From assembly GCA_964629075.1 (NCBI GenBank), contig CAZVPL010000001.1, positions 39,016 through 103,015 on the forward strand: a stretch of DNA of 64,000 nucleotides. The letters run 5' to 3'. Positions 19,282-28,547 of this stretch are shown here, in pieces. Within the stretch, counting starts at the first letter, position 1. Every line of letters starts with the position of its first letter. The notes under the pieces are model-generated. The model had not been told where the DNA came from, made no database searches, and saw only the letters and a program-made list of their open reading frames with translations. Made by a program: the position numbers and the translations under genes. Source of the stretch: an uncultured Bifidobacterium sp. (GTDB lineage Bacteria > Actinomycetota > Acidimicrobiia > Acidimicrobiales > Ilumatobacteraceae).

Positions 19282-19938
19282 ATGCGCGTCGTGGCCATCG
19301 ACGGACCAGCCGGAGCGGGAAAATCAACCATCGCTCAACTGCTGGCCGGGCGTCTCGGCGTTCCTTATCTCGACACCGGGGCGATGTATCGCGCGGTCAC
19401 TTTCGCAATGTTGAGGGACGGAATCGACCCGAGCCACGAGGATGACGTCGCGTCTCTCGCGCAACGTACGGAGATCGAACTTTCTCAGGGACGGGTTTTC
19501 GTCGACGGTGCCGATGTCACCGTGGAGATTCGTTCCCATCGAATCAATTCAGCAGTGAGCCACGTCGCCGCACTCAGTGCGGTGCGGTCGATATTGCGCA
19601 GCGCTCAACGCACTTGGGTGGAATCGCGCGGCGGAGGGGTTGTCGAAGGCCGCGACATCGGAACGGTGGTGTTTCCCGATGCAACCCTGAAGGTCTTCCT
19701 GACGGCACGGCCCGAGGTACGGGCGCAGCGTCGGGTGGCGGAGTCGGGCGGCGACGTCGACGAGATTGCACGGGCAATAGCCGAGCGTGATCGCCTGGAC
19801 TCGTCGCGCAGCGACAGCCCGTTGACCACCGCGGACGACTCGATTCAATTCGACACTTCGGACCTCACCATCGACCAGGTCGTCGACGAACTCCACCGGA
19901 TGGTCCTCGAAAGAGAGCAAGCCAGTGGCAGGCGTTGA
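19282..19938 (+). CDS. cmk: cytidylate kinase
   Basis: IDGPAGAGKSTIA P-loop, LDTGAMYRA, EGRDIGTVV. Confidence 0.92.
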   Translation: MRVVAIDGPAGAGKSTIAQLLAGRLGVPYLDTGAMYRAVTFAMLRDGIDPSHEDDVASLAQRTEIELSQGRVFVDGADVTVEIRSHRINSAVSHVAALSAVRSILRSAQRTWVESRGGGVVEGRDIGTVVFPDATLKVFLTARPEVRAQRRVAESGGDVDEIARAIAERDRLDSSRSDSPLTTADDSIQFDTSDLTIDQVVDELHRMVLEREQASGRR

Positions 19939-20611
19939 GAGCTTCTTGGCGGGCAACGGGCTTGGCTCACGTGCGTTCTACCGCGTCGTGCGGTCTCTTC
20001 TGAATTGGTTCTGTCGAATCTTCTGGAGAACGTCCGTGATTGGCGGAGAGCGAATTCCCAAAGCAGGACCGTTCATTCTTGCCCCGATCCACCGTTCCAA
20101 CATCGACACTCCGTTGGCGTGCACGGTGACGCGACGGCGCATGCGTTACATGGGGAAGGATTCTCTGTGGAAGAGGCGTCCGGTCGGCTGGATTCTCTCC
20201 GCGCTCGGCGGTTTCCCCGTGTCTCGCGGTACCGCCGATCGTGAGGCATTGCGTCGTTGCATTCTCGTTCTCGAGGCAGGCGAGCCTTTGGTCCTCTTTC
20301 CGGAGGGCGAGCGCAAGTCGGGGGAGACGGTCCAGCCTCTCTTCGACGGGGCGATGTACATCGCTCTGAAGGCGGGCGTGCCTGTCATTCCCGTTGGTAT
20401 CGGTGGATCCGAGCGTGCGATGCCGAAGGGCAAGAATTACCTGCGACCCAGCAAGTGTGTCGTGATCGTCGGTCGACCCCTGATTCCACCGCGGAGCGAG
20501 GGCCGAACGTCTCGTTCCGACGTACGTGACTTCACGGCCACGCTTCACGCCGAGCTACAGATCCTGTTCGACACGGCCCAGGACCTTGCCGGTATCGAGC
20601 GGGCGCGCTAA
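19925..20611 (+). CDS. 1-acyl-sn-glycerol-3-phosphate acyltransferase family protein
   Basis: HxxxxD motif APIHRSNID and the FPEGERK motif. GTG start overlaps the cmk end, the usual cmk-plsC arrangement. Confidence 0.85.
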   Translation: MAGVESFLAGNGLGSRAFYRVVRSLLNWFCRIFWRTSVIGGERIPKAGPFILAPIHRSNIDTPLACTVTRRRMRYMGKDSLWKRRPVGWILSALGGFPVSRGTADREALRRCILVLEAGEPLVLFPEGERKSGETVQPLFDGAMYIALKAGVPVIPVGIGGSERAMPKGKNYLRPSKCVVIVGRPLIPPRSEGRTSRSDVRDFTATLHAELQILFDTAQDLAGIERAR

Positions 20612-21858
20612 AAGTTGTTGCTCTGCGCCATTGCCACGAGAAGATCGCGGAGCGCGAGCGGATCTTCGGTACCACAGGTCTCTCGTGCCGAATGCATCGC
20701 GAGTTGAGGCACCCCGATGTCGATCGTTTCGATCCCGAGGCGAGTGGCAGTGATCGGGCCAATCGTGCTTCCGCATGGCATCGAGTTGTTCGACACGAAC
20801 TCCTGGAACGGGATGCCCGCATCGTTGGCAACCCCTCGCACAATCGCAGCACCGGCACCCGAAGTCGCATAACGCTGGTTCGAATTTGTCTTGAGCGCGG
20901 GTCCATGATTCACGAGAGGTGCGTGGCGAGGATCGTGCCGTTCGGGGTAATTGGGATGCAGGGCGTGCGCATTGTCCGCTGAGACACAAAGTGATCTTCT
21001 GAGAAAGTCGAATCGGCCAGCCAGTCGTCCCCTCACGCGCAAGAGTTCGTCGATCACAGTTTCGAGAAGGGGTCCTGCCGCACCTGTCGTGCTCTCGGAC
21101 CCAACCTCCTCGTGGTCGAACAGTGCGCAAATGAAGGGCCGTGGTCCACGGTGATCCATCGCCGCGTCAACGGCTGCCCAACACGACACCAAGTTGTCGA
21201 GGCGACCCGACGCGATGAGGTCGCCCGAGGCGCCGACAATGCGCGCCGGTGTGACGTCGAAAAAGACGATGTCGAATCCGGCCACCTCGCGATTCACGCC
21301 GAGGTGCTCGAGAAAAGTTCGCTCACCAGTCGACCAGATCGGGCGCATGTGCGCCTGCCGGTTCAATTGAAGGCCCTTCTCGTTGACATCACGGTCGAGA
21401 TGGATGGCCAATTGGGGTATCCGGGCAATCGCGTTGCGCTCTTCGATCAATCGGCCCAGACCCGCCTTGTCGTAGAGGACTCCGGCCACTCCAAGATCGC
21501 GGTCGAGCCACGAGTTCAAGAGTGCTCCGCCGTACACCTCGACCTCAAGGAGCGAGAGCCCTGCCCCGGACGAGTCGGGGCGGGGCTTCAAGCGCAGACA
21601 CGGAGAGTCGGTGTGCGCTCCCACAAAAAAGGCGCCCTTCTGGTCGGCCGGCGAAATCGACGGCCATGACCAGAAAATGACCGCGCCGCGATGCGAAACG
21701 ACGCCCTTTTCGAGCTCGAAAAAGGAATGATCCAACAACCCGAATTCGGCATGATCAAAACCGGCGGCGACCAGCCTCGCGACACTCGAGGCAACGGCAT
21801 GAGCGGGGGATGGAGAACCGTCGAGAAACCGAAGGAGGTCGGAGATGTCCGCCATCAC
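20608..21858 (-). CDS. M18 family aminopeptidase
   Basis: FLDGSPSPAHAV N-terminus, GAHTDSPCLRLKP, FDHEEVGS, MHS near the C-terminus. Confidence 0.88.
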   Translation of the reverse strand: MMADISDLLRFLDGSPSPAHAVASSVARLVAAGFDHAEFGLLDHSFFELEKGVVSHRGAVIFWSWPSISPADQKGAFFVGAHTDSPCLRLKPRPDSSGAGLSLLEVEVYGGALLNSWLDRDLGVAGVLYDKAGLGRLIEERNAIARIPQLAIHLDRDVNEKGLQLNRQAHMRPIWSTGERTFLEHLGVNREVAGFDIVFFDVTPARIVGASGDLIASGRLDNLVSCWAAVDAAMDHRGPRPFICALFDHEEVGSESTTGAAGPLLETVIDELLRVRGRLAGRFDFLRRSLCVSADNAHALHPNYPERHDPRHAPLVNHGPALKTNSNQRYATSGAGAAIVRGVANDAGIPFQEFVSNNSMPCGSTIGPITATRLGIETIDIGVPQLAMHSARETCGTEDPLALRDLLVAMAQSNNF

Positions 21859-22481
21859 GACTTCTGAAAGAGCCCCATCGGCAGACCCGAATTGCGCAGG
21901 TGTGAGGTTTCATTGATGGTGACGATCGATCGCTCCCCGCTGCGTGCCGCCGCGACACGATGGATCGAGGTGTAGTTCGGGTAGAAGAAACCTTGGACGT
22001 TCACCGTGAGACCGAGCACATGGACCAAGTAGGCATTGATGACTCCGCCGTGACAGACGATTGCGATCGTCTGTCCTGAGTGCTGCGAAACGAGTCCTTC
22101 GATCGCCTTGATGCACCGAGCGTTGAACTCGTCGGGGCTTTCCTCGTGAACGTTCCACTCACCACGCAACATGGCCTGCCACCGCGGGTCGTTGGCAGCC
22201 TTCAACTCCTCGACCGGCACGTATTCGTTGGAGTTCCGATCCCATTCGGCGACATCGTCGACGGTAACGATGTCGACACCTTGCACTCGAGCGAGAGGCG
22301 CCGCAGTCTGTTGGGCGCGTCGCAACGGACTGGCATACACCGCATGGATGCGCTCGGATGTCAGATAGTCGGCAAGGCGATCGGCTTGGGCCAACCCGTC
22401 CTCGGACAGTTGGGGATCTGCGATTCCCTCGTCGAGCTCGCGGCGGACGGGGAGGGCGTGGCGAATCAAGAGAAGTTCCAT
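21855..22481 (-). CDS. histidine phosphatase (phosphoglycerate mutase-like) family protein
   Basis: LLLIRHALP (RH catalytic motif), SPLRRAQQTA, VCHGGVI. Stop overlaps the M18 start (ATGA). Confidence 0.85.
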   Translation of the reverse strand: MELLLIRHALPVRRELDEGIADPQLSEDGLAQADRLADYLTSERIHAVYASPLRRAQQTAAPLARVQGVDIVTVDDVAEWDRNSNEYVPVEELKAANDPRWQAMLRGEWNVHEESPDEFNARCIKAIEGLVSQHSGQTIAIVCHGGVINAYLVHVLGLTVNVQGFFYPNYTSIHRVAAARSGERSIVTINETSHLRNSGLPMGLFQKS

Positions 22482-22528
22482 GGCCTCATGACTCTAAGCC
22501 AGAGCGGGTGTGGGACCCTCGTTGGACC

Positions 22529-22894
22529 TCATCCGGCCGGTGTCGGAGAATTGAGGGAGATCGTCACGTCCCTTCCGAAAAAGGTGCAGGACACCTTGTT
22601 GGTGACAACGCCGGTGACACTGCCGGCGACACCGTCGGTCGACACCGCGTTCGCCACTTTGTCGGCGCAGTCAACGAGTGATGCCCGCTGCGAATAGATC
22701 ACCACGCCGAGCGTCGCAAAGACAATGGAAAGGACGAGGCGGACGACCAGGGAGGAGATGAACCGCAGGATCAGCAAGATCACTGCGACACATACGACGA
22801 TGCCCACGATCGAGCCATTCTTCGCTTGGTTGAGGTCAAGCGCCTGGATGAGCGAAAAATCGGGCACGTTCCGACCATATTCGCCCGACCCCAT
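22529..22894 (-). CDS. small membrane protein, function unknown
   Basis: Two predicted TM helices (IVGIVVCVAVILLILRFI, LVLSIVFATLGVVIY). No recognisable motif. Confidence 0.5.
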   Translation of the reverse strand: MGSGEYGRNVPDFSLIQALDLNQAKNGSIVGIVVCVAVILLILRFISSLVVRLVLSIVFATLGVVIYSQRASLVDCADKVANAVSTDGVAGSVTGVVTNKVSCTFFGRDVTISLNSPTPAG

Positions 22895-22949
22895 TCATCT
22901 GGTGGATACCGCACGGGGTCTGCGATGGGTGGCGAAGTAGCCTGCAAAC

Positions 22950-23417
22950 GTGTCGTCCAACGTCTCGCTTTCCCAGTCCGGCCCTCCCGAGACGCGACTT
23001 CCTGCCGATTCCCCCGAGGTGCAGCACTTGGTCGGCCAAATCGCCGGGGTGTCGACGGAAGCATCGCGTTCGCTTGCAGCCGATGCCGTGCGCCTCGCGC
23101 CGCGAAGCTCGCTTGTCTGGTGGGTATGCGGACGCAACGCGCGCGATGCGGTCGAGCGCTATGCGGCATTTCGCGTCGGATACCACAGGGGTCTCGACGC
23201 GTTGCGCGCGAACGGGTGGAAGGGCTCGGGCTTCGTCAGGTGGAGCCACCCCGGAAACGTCGGATTTCTTCGATGTCTTCTGGGGCTGCAGATCGCTGCC
23301 GGAGAGTTGGGCGAACACGACGAAGAAGAGCGCTGTCGACTGTTCCTTTTGCAACTCGACCCGAGTGGCGTGCCACCCGAGGAGTTTCGCGACATTTCCT
23401 CTGCGACAGGCAAATGA
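22950..23417 (+). CDS. DUF3151 family protein
   Basis: GYHRGLDALRANGWKGSGFVRWSHPGNVGFLRCL matches my memory of the actinobacterial DUF3151 family (for example Rv0360c). GTG start. Confidence 0.75.
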   Translation: MSSNVSLSQSGPPETRLPADSPEVQHLVGQIAGVSTEASRSLAADAVRLAPRSSLVWWVCGRNARDAVERYAAFRVGYHRGLDALRANGWKGSGFVRWSHPGNVGFLRCLLGLQIAAGELGEHDEEERCRLFLLQLDPSGVPPEEFRDISSATGK

Positions 23418-23995
23418 CGGTTTGGGGAATCCTCGCCGGGGGTCGCGGGACGCGGTACGGCGGTCCCAAAGCAGTTGCGAACTTCAGAGGCCAGACGTTC
23501 CTCGACCATTGCCTTCGTTCTGTTCGACAATCTGCTGCGACCGGCGATGTGATTGCGGTGTCGGTCGGATTCGACTGGAGGCCCAATCTCCCTGCCGACT
23601 GCGTGGCGGTGGCCGATTCCGAGGTTGATCCGGGTCCGGCTCATTCGATCGGCCGTCTTGCCGGGTACGCGCATTCAATCGATCGGGATCTGGTCGTGGT
23701 CGCCGTCGACATGCTGAACGTGTCGCCGGTGACCCTCGAGCGCATGCGCGACCGACTTCGTGAACAGAGGCATTCTGACGATGCACGGGTGCTCATCGCC
23801 TCGTCGGGCGGTCGCGACCACTGGGTGTTCGTCGGGATCCCCCGTGCGCTTGCACAAACCGTTTCGAACAATGCCGCGTCCGTGTCGGCCATACAGGTCC
23901 TGTTGCGACTGTGTCCCATCGAGCGATTCACGGTTCCGCCAGAAGAGCTCCTCGACGTCAACACGCCCGATCTGCTGCCTCCCGACGCAAAGTGA
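23414..23995 (+). CDS. MobA-like NTP transferase (molybdenum cofactor guanylyltransferase-like)
   Basis: N-terminal GILAGGRGTRYGGPKA nucleotide-binding motif. ATGA overlap with DUF3151. Confidence 0.7.
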   Translation: MTVWGILAGGRGTRYGGPKAVANFRGQTFLDHCLRSVRQSAATGDVIAVSVGFDWRPNLPADCVAVADSEVDPGPAHSIGRLAGYAHSIDRDLVVVAVDMLNVSPVTLERMRDRLREQRHSDDARVLIASSGGRDHWVFVGIPRALAQTVSNNAASVSAIQVLLRLCPIERFTVPPEELLDVNTPDLLPPDAK

Positions 23996-24016
23996 AAGAG
24001 CGGTAGCCTTCGCATC

Positions 24017-24340
24017 ATGGCCGTGCCCGAAATCTCCGTGAGCGAGCTCCGCGACCTTCTGGCCCGAGGGGCGAGGGTGTTTGATGTTCGTGAATCCGAC
24101 GAGTACCTCGGAGGTCACGTGCCGAGTGCCCTGTCGGTGCCACTGTCGACTCTCACCGAGAACGTCCATGTTTTCGACGACAACGAGACGAACTACCTCA
24201 TCTGTCAGGTCGGCGGTCGAAGCATGAGAGCGTGCGAATACCTCGAAAGTCTCGGAAAGCCGGTCATCAACGTCGCCGGCGGCACCGGCGGATGGATCGC
24301 CTCCGGGTTCGACGTCGTGACGGGCGAGTCGGCGGTTTGA
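24017..24340 (+). CDS. rhodanese-like domain protein (sulfurtransferase)
   Basis: Single rhodanese domain with active-site loop CQVGGRS. Confidence 0.85.
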   Translation: MAVPEISVSELRDLLARGARVFDVRESDEYLGGHVPSALSVPLSTLTENVHVFDDNETNYLICQVGGRSMRACEYLESLGKPVINVAGGTGGWIASGFDVVTGESAV

Positions 24341-25485
24341 ATCCGGCCGACGCCGCCTGGATCGACACCGAGAGGGGAGTCGCCTCGCTGGCGGCGCGTC
24401 TGCGGGGCGTCGAGTTTTTCTGCCTCGACACCGAATTTCACCGTGAGCGCACCTACTTCCCGCAGCTCGCATTGATCCAGGTCAACGTCGACGGCGAGGT
24501 TTTCCTCGTCGACCCGACGGTGGTTGATCCGGCCGCCATCGGCGATCTGTTCAGCGGTGACGAGCTGATCGTTCTTCACGCGGCGCAACAAGACCTCGAC
24601 GTGTTGCAATTGACGTGCGATGTGCGGCTCGAAAACATCTTCGATACGCAGATTGCCGCCGGATTCGTCGGTTACGCAACACCCTCGCTTCAATCCCTCG
24701 TGCAGCGCGAACTCGGGATCTCGCTTCCAAAAGGAGACCGTCTGACGGATTGGTTGCGTCGGCCTCTCACGGCCGACCAATGTGCCTACGCTGCCGCCGA
24801 CGTTGTTCACCTCCCCGCACTCCACGATTCGATCACGCGACAGCTCGTTGATGCGGGTCGTGTGGAATGGGCACGGGATGCGTGTCGTGAACTTGCCTCA
24901 CGACCCTCTTCGCTCGTCGACCCGACGATGGCGTGGTTGCGCGTGAAGGACGTTCGAACGCTAAAGCCCCGGGCCCGCGGGGTTGCCCAAGCAGTGGCCG
25001 AATGGCGCGAGGAACGAGCACAAAGACTCAACGTGCCGGTCCGGCATGTTCTCGCCGACCTGGCACTTCTGGGTATCGCTCAGCGTGCACCCAGATCGGT
25101 TGACGAGCTTGCTCAATCTCGCGGAGTCGACGGCCGATACACCAAAGGTTCCATCGCTCGCGAGATTCTCGAAGCGGTCGAACGCGGTCGCGATCTCGAG
25201 GTGGCATATCCGCGCAATGACGTCGAGGAGTTCGACCGCGATTTGCGTCCGGCTGCGACTCTCATTTCGGCGTGGATCAGCGAAGTCGCAGCGCGAGAGA
25301 AGATCGAAGTTGCGATGCTCGGCACGCGTTCCGACATCATTGATTTTCTGCGAGGCAACCCCGATGCGCGACTACGCCACGGTTGGCGAGCCCAACTCGT
25401 CGGCTCGGACCTCGGTGACCTCGTGTCTGGCGCGGCCGGAATAGCCTTCGACGGGGCGGGCGGGCTGAGGCTTTTCAGGGGCTGA
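24337..25485 (+). CDS. rnd: ribonuclease D (3'-5' exonuclease plus HRDC domain)
   Basis: DEDD motifs FFCLDTEF, LHAAQQDL, YAAADVVHL. Start is uncertain. TTG 24337 overlaps the rhodanese stop. The ORF upstream of that overlaps the rhodanese gene. Confidence 0.8.
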   Translation: MNPADAAWIDTERGVASLAARLRGVEFFCLDTEFHRERTYFPQLALIQVNVDGEVFLVDPTVVDPAAIGDLFSGDELIVLHAAQQDLDVLQLTCDVRLENIFDTQIAAGFVGYATPSLQSLVQRELGISLPKGDRLTDWLRRPLTADQCAYAAADVVHLPALHDSITRQLVDAGRVEWARDACRELASRPSSLVDPTMAWLRVKDVRTLKPRARGVAQAVAEWREERAQRLNVPVRHVLADLALLGIAQRAPRSVDELAQSRGVDGRYTKGSIAREILEAVERGRDLEVAYPRNDVEEFDRDLRPAATLISAWISEVAAREKIEVAMLGTRSDIIDFLRGNPDARLRHGWRAQLVGSDLGDLVSGAAGIAFDGAGGLRLFRG

Positions 25486-25614
25486 GTGATTCGGCTGGTC
25501 AAACCGGCCGAACAATTGCCCCCGATTTCTCGGGCCCTCGGGATACACTGGGAAACCGTTGTTGCCCGGTCGCCAAGAGTCCGGGTCCTTTGCGAAGAAG
25601 TTCGGAGCCCTCAC

Positions 25615-25809
25615 GTGAAAAAGGGTCGTCATCGTCGCTTCGAAGAAGCGCGCAAGTTGAAGCAGGCCGGGCCAAGTGCGGCCGATCTCGGGTTCGGTGC
25701 GAACCAATCTCGTCAACGCTCCGAGGACGACGAGTACGCCGCTATCGCCGAGAAGTACGGCGTGACTTTTGACGACGACGAAGAGGAAGACGACGAGGAA
25801 GAGAACTGA
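25615..25809 (+). CDS. small charged protein (basic N-terminus, acidic tail), function unknown
   Basis: GTG 25615 is preceded by GGAG at about 9 nt. VKKGRHRRFEEARKLKQ...DDDEEEDDEEEN. By hand count, third-position G/C is higher here than in the upstream part of the 107-aa ORF. Confidence 0.5.
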   Translation: MKKGRHRRFEEARKLKQAGPSAADLGFGANQSRQRSEDDEYAAIAEKYGVTFDDDEEEDDEEEN

Positions 25810-25845
25810 CGCCACCCGACCCCAGGTCGGCTCTTCTCCACCAAC

Positions 25846-27675
25846 ATGACCCCCCGCCGCAACATCGCTCTGGTCGCGCACGTCGACCACGGGAAGACCA
25901 CTTTGGTCGACTCCCTCCTCCGCTCGACGGGGACCTTCGCCGCCCACCAACAAGTCGTCGACCGAGTCATGGACTCCGACGACCAGGAACGCGAGCGTGG
26001 CATCACGATTCTTGCGAAGGCGGCCCAGATCACCTACAAGGGCGTCAGCATCAACCTCGTCGACACACCGGGTCACGCCGACTTCGGGGGCGAAGTCGAG
26101 CGGGCGCTCCACATCGTCGACGGGATCGTCTTGTTGGTCGACGCAGCCGAAGGACCTCTCCCGCAGACCCGTTACGTGCTGTCGAAGGCGATGGATGCAA
26201 ATCTCCCGGCCGTGGTCGTCTTGAACAAGGTTGATCGTCAAGACGCGAGAGCCGAAGAGGTTCTCGGTGAGGTCGAGCAACTCTTCCTCGACCTCGCTCG
26301 AAACGACGAACAACTTTCCTTCACCGTTGTGAGTGCGGTGGCACGTGAGGGCAGGGCGATGATCGGGGTCGGCATGCCTGCGCCTGACGCAACTCTTGAG
26401 CCGCTGCTCGATTGCATGCTTGCCCTTCCCGAACCGAAGAGCGATTCGGACGGAGTTCTGCGGGCACTCGTGACGAACCTCGACGCTTCCGACTATCTCG
26501 GAAGGCTGGGCATCGGACGCGTTTATTCGGGCACATTGCGCAAGGGCGAGACCGTTGCGGTGTGTCAACGACCCACCGACGAGAATCCCTCACCGGTGCT
26601 GAAAAGGCGCATCTCGACTCTCCACGTATTTCGCGGGATCGGTCGAGTCGAGGTTGACACGGTCGAAGCAGGAGATCTCTTCGTTGTTTCGGGTATCCCC
26701 GAGATTGAGGTCGGCGACACGATCACCAATGCCGACAATCCCTCACCCTTGCCGCGGCTGGTCGTCGATGAACCGGTGATCCGCATGAGCTTTGGCGTCA
26801 ACACGTCCCCGATGGCCGGTCGAGAAGGCAAGTTCGTCACGAGTCGCCATCTGCGCGATCGACTCGAACGCGAAATTCTGGGCAACGTCTCCATTCGCAT
26901 CGCGCCCACCGAGTCCCCCGAAGTCATCGAGGTCTCGGGTCGTGGCGAACTTCAGCTCGCGGTCCTCATCGAGAACATGCGTCGCGAGGGGTACGAGCTT
27001 CAGGTCAGTCGCCCCGAAGTTGTCACAAAGGAGATTGACGGTCGCCGACACGAACCACTCGAGGCGGGCACCGTCGACGTTCCCGATGAACACGTCGGCT
27101 CGGTGACTCAGGCGCTTGCTCCCCGCAAGGGTCGCGTCACCGACATCCGTCCGGGAGACGTCGGGCGCACGCTCGTTGGCTTCGAGGCGCCGTCGAGGGG
27201 TCTCATCGGCTTTCGGTCGCAGGTCATCACCGAGACCCGCGGTACGGCCTTGATTCACATGCGGCTCATCGGATGGACGCCTTGGGTGGGTGAGCTGCCG
27301 CATCGCCTCGGGGCGGCCATGGTGTCCGACCGCACCGGGAAGGTGACCGCATACGCCCTCGACAATCTCCAATTGCGTGGAACTCTCTTCGTGGCTCCCG
27401 GCGAAGAGGTGTACGAGGGAATGGTCGTCGGTGAGAATTCCCGCAGCGATGAGATGGTGGTCAACGCGGTACGTGCCAAGGAAAAGACGAACATCCGAAC
27501 CCACAGCCACGATGACGGAATCAAGCTTGCGGCTCCGGTCATTCACTCTCTCGAGACGGCAATCGAGTGGATCGCTGACGACGAGTTGGTCGAGGTGACG
27601 CCTGCGGCGTTGCGTATTCGCAAACGGCTACTCGGACTCGAGGATCGCCGTCGCGCCTTCAAGCGGTCCCAATAA
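25846..27675 (+). CDS. typA: translational GTPase TypA/BipA
   Basis: [34 protein letters not shown]. 609 aa. Confidence 0.95.
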   Translation: MTPRRNIALVAHVDHGKTTLVDSLLRSTGTFAAHQQVVDRVMDSDDQERERGITILAKAAQITYKGVSINLVDTPGHADFGGEVERALHIVDGIVLLVDAAEGPLPQTRYVLSKAMDANLPAVVVLNKVDRQDARAEEVLGEVEQLFLDLARNDEQLSFTVVSAVAREGRAMIGVGMPAPDATLEPLLDCMLALPEPKSDSDGVLRALVTNLDASDYLGRLGIGRVYSGTLRKGETVAVCQRPTDENPSPVLKRRISTLHVFRGIGRVEVDTVEAGDLFVVSGIPEIEVGDTITNADNPSPLPRLVVDEPVIRMSFGVNTSPMAGREGKFVTSRHLRDRLEREILGNVSIRIAPTESPEVIEVSGRGELQLAVLIENMRREGYELQVSRPEVVTKEIDGRRHEPLEAGTVDVPDEHVGSVTQALAPRKGRVTDIRPGDVGRTLVGFEAPSRGLIGFRSQVITETRGTALIHMRLIGWTPWVGELPHRLGAAMVSDRTGKVTAYALDNLQLRGTLFVAPGEEVYEGMVVGENSRSDEMVVNAVRAKEKTNIRTHSHDDGIKLAAPVIHSLETAIEWIADDELVEVTPAALRIRKRLLGLEDRRRAFKRSQ

Positions 27676-27711
27676 GTAAGGGGCCACCGGACCTCGCTTG
27701 TCGGGAGGCGC

Positions 27712-28476
27712 TTATCGGGAGGTGGTTTTGCGGGTGACGCCCGACTTTGGCTTTCGCGAAAGGGTCACCGGGTGTCCCGCAACGGTGGGAATTCTCTTTT
27801 CGAGCTCCTTCACGAGAAGTGCATAGACCTTTGCTCCCACGAGTTCCGTGAGTTCGTTCTTCAGATACTTGTAGGTCGGCTCACGACCAACGAACGCCTC
27901 GGGTGATGCCGTGCACCACCAGTGGAATTCGTGGCCACCGTCGCCCCAATCGCGTCGTTTCCACTCACGGACGAAAGTGACGATGTGGCCGTCTTCGTCG
28001 GTCGTCTCCTGGAGCCGCACGGGTACCTGCCAACACACGTCGGGTTTCCAATCCATGGGCCTCTCGCCGGCCTCCATCGCTCCGATATGGAGGGCGCATC
28101 CCACTCCGCCTTCGAAGCCCGGACGGTTGAGAAAGATGCAAGCCCCGTCGACCACCCGGGTCTTCGGCGTTCCGTCACGCTCTTGACCCAACCAACCCAC
28201 CTTCGCGGCTCGGGCTTTGTACTGCCAGTTCTTCGCGGTGAGTCTGCGCGACGAGCGCACGACGGTCTTCTCATCGTCTTTGTCCATGAAGTGCGCGCCA
28301 AAGCTGCAGCAGCCCTGCATGAGGTCGGTCGTGTCCTCTTCGTGAACTCCCTTGCATCCCTCGCCGTAAATGCACTTCCAGTTGCTGAGGAGGTACGAGG
28401 CATCGAACATCCACATTCGGCCACCTTCCGGATCTTCGAAGCTGACCCAATCGTGGACTTCAGATGCTTTGGACAC
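27712..28476 (-). CDS. conserved Cys-rich protein, function unknown (possible metal-binding)
   Basis: Cys clusters CIYGEGCKG, GCCSFGAHF, GACIFLN, GCALH, CWQVP, WWC. Coding-like codon bias. Confidence 0.6.
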   Translation of the reverse strand: MSKASEVHDWVSFEDPEGGRMWMFDASYLLSNWKCIYGEGCKGVHEEDTTDLMQGCCSFGAHFMDKDDEKTVVRSSRRLTAKNWQYKARAAKVGWLGQERDGTPKTRVVDGACIFLNRPGFEGGVGCALHIGAMEAGERPMDWKPDVCWQVPVRLQETTDEDGHIVTFVREWKRRDWGDGGHEFHWWCTASPEAFVGREPTYKYLKNELTELVGAKVYALLVKELEKRIPTVAGHPVTLSRKPKSGVTRKTTSR

Positions 28477-28547
28477 GCCGAGACGCTAGTGGTGTCGTGC
28501 TGTGTGAACAAATGCGTCCGACTTGGGGTATCGGTATTGTGCATCGA

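Noticed and set aside
22826-23995. 389-aa ORF that appears to span DUF3151 and the MobA-like gene
   Set aside because: Only the last 193 codons (from ATG 23414) carry the MobA-like motif. The first part overlaps the DUF3151 gene, which is in a different frame and has clear family motifs.
25372-26568. 398-aa minus-strand ORF
   Set aside because: It is antisense to the unmistakable typA/bipA gene and to the end of rnd. It has no recognisable motif and is a shadow ORF.
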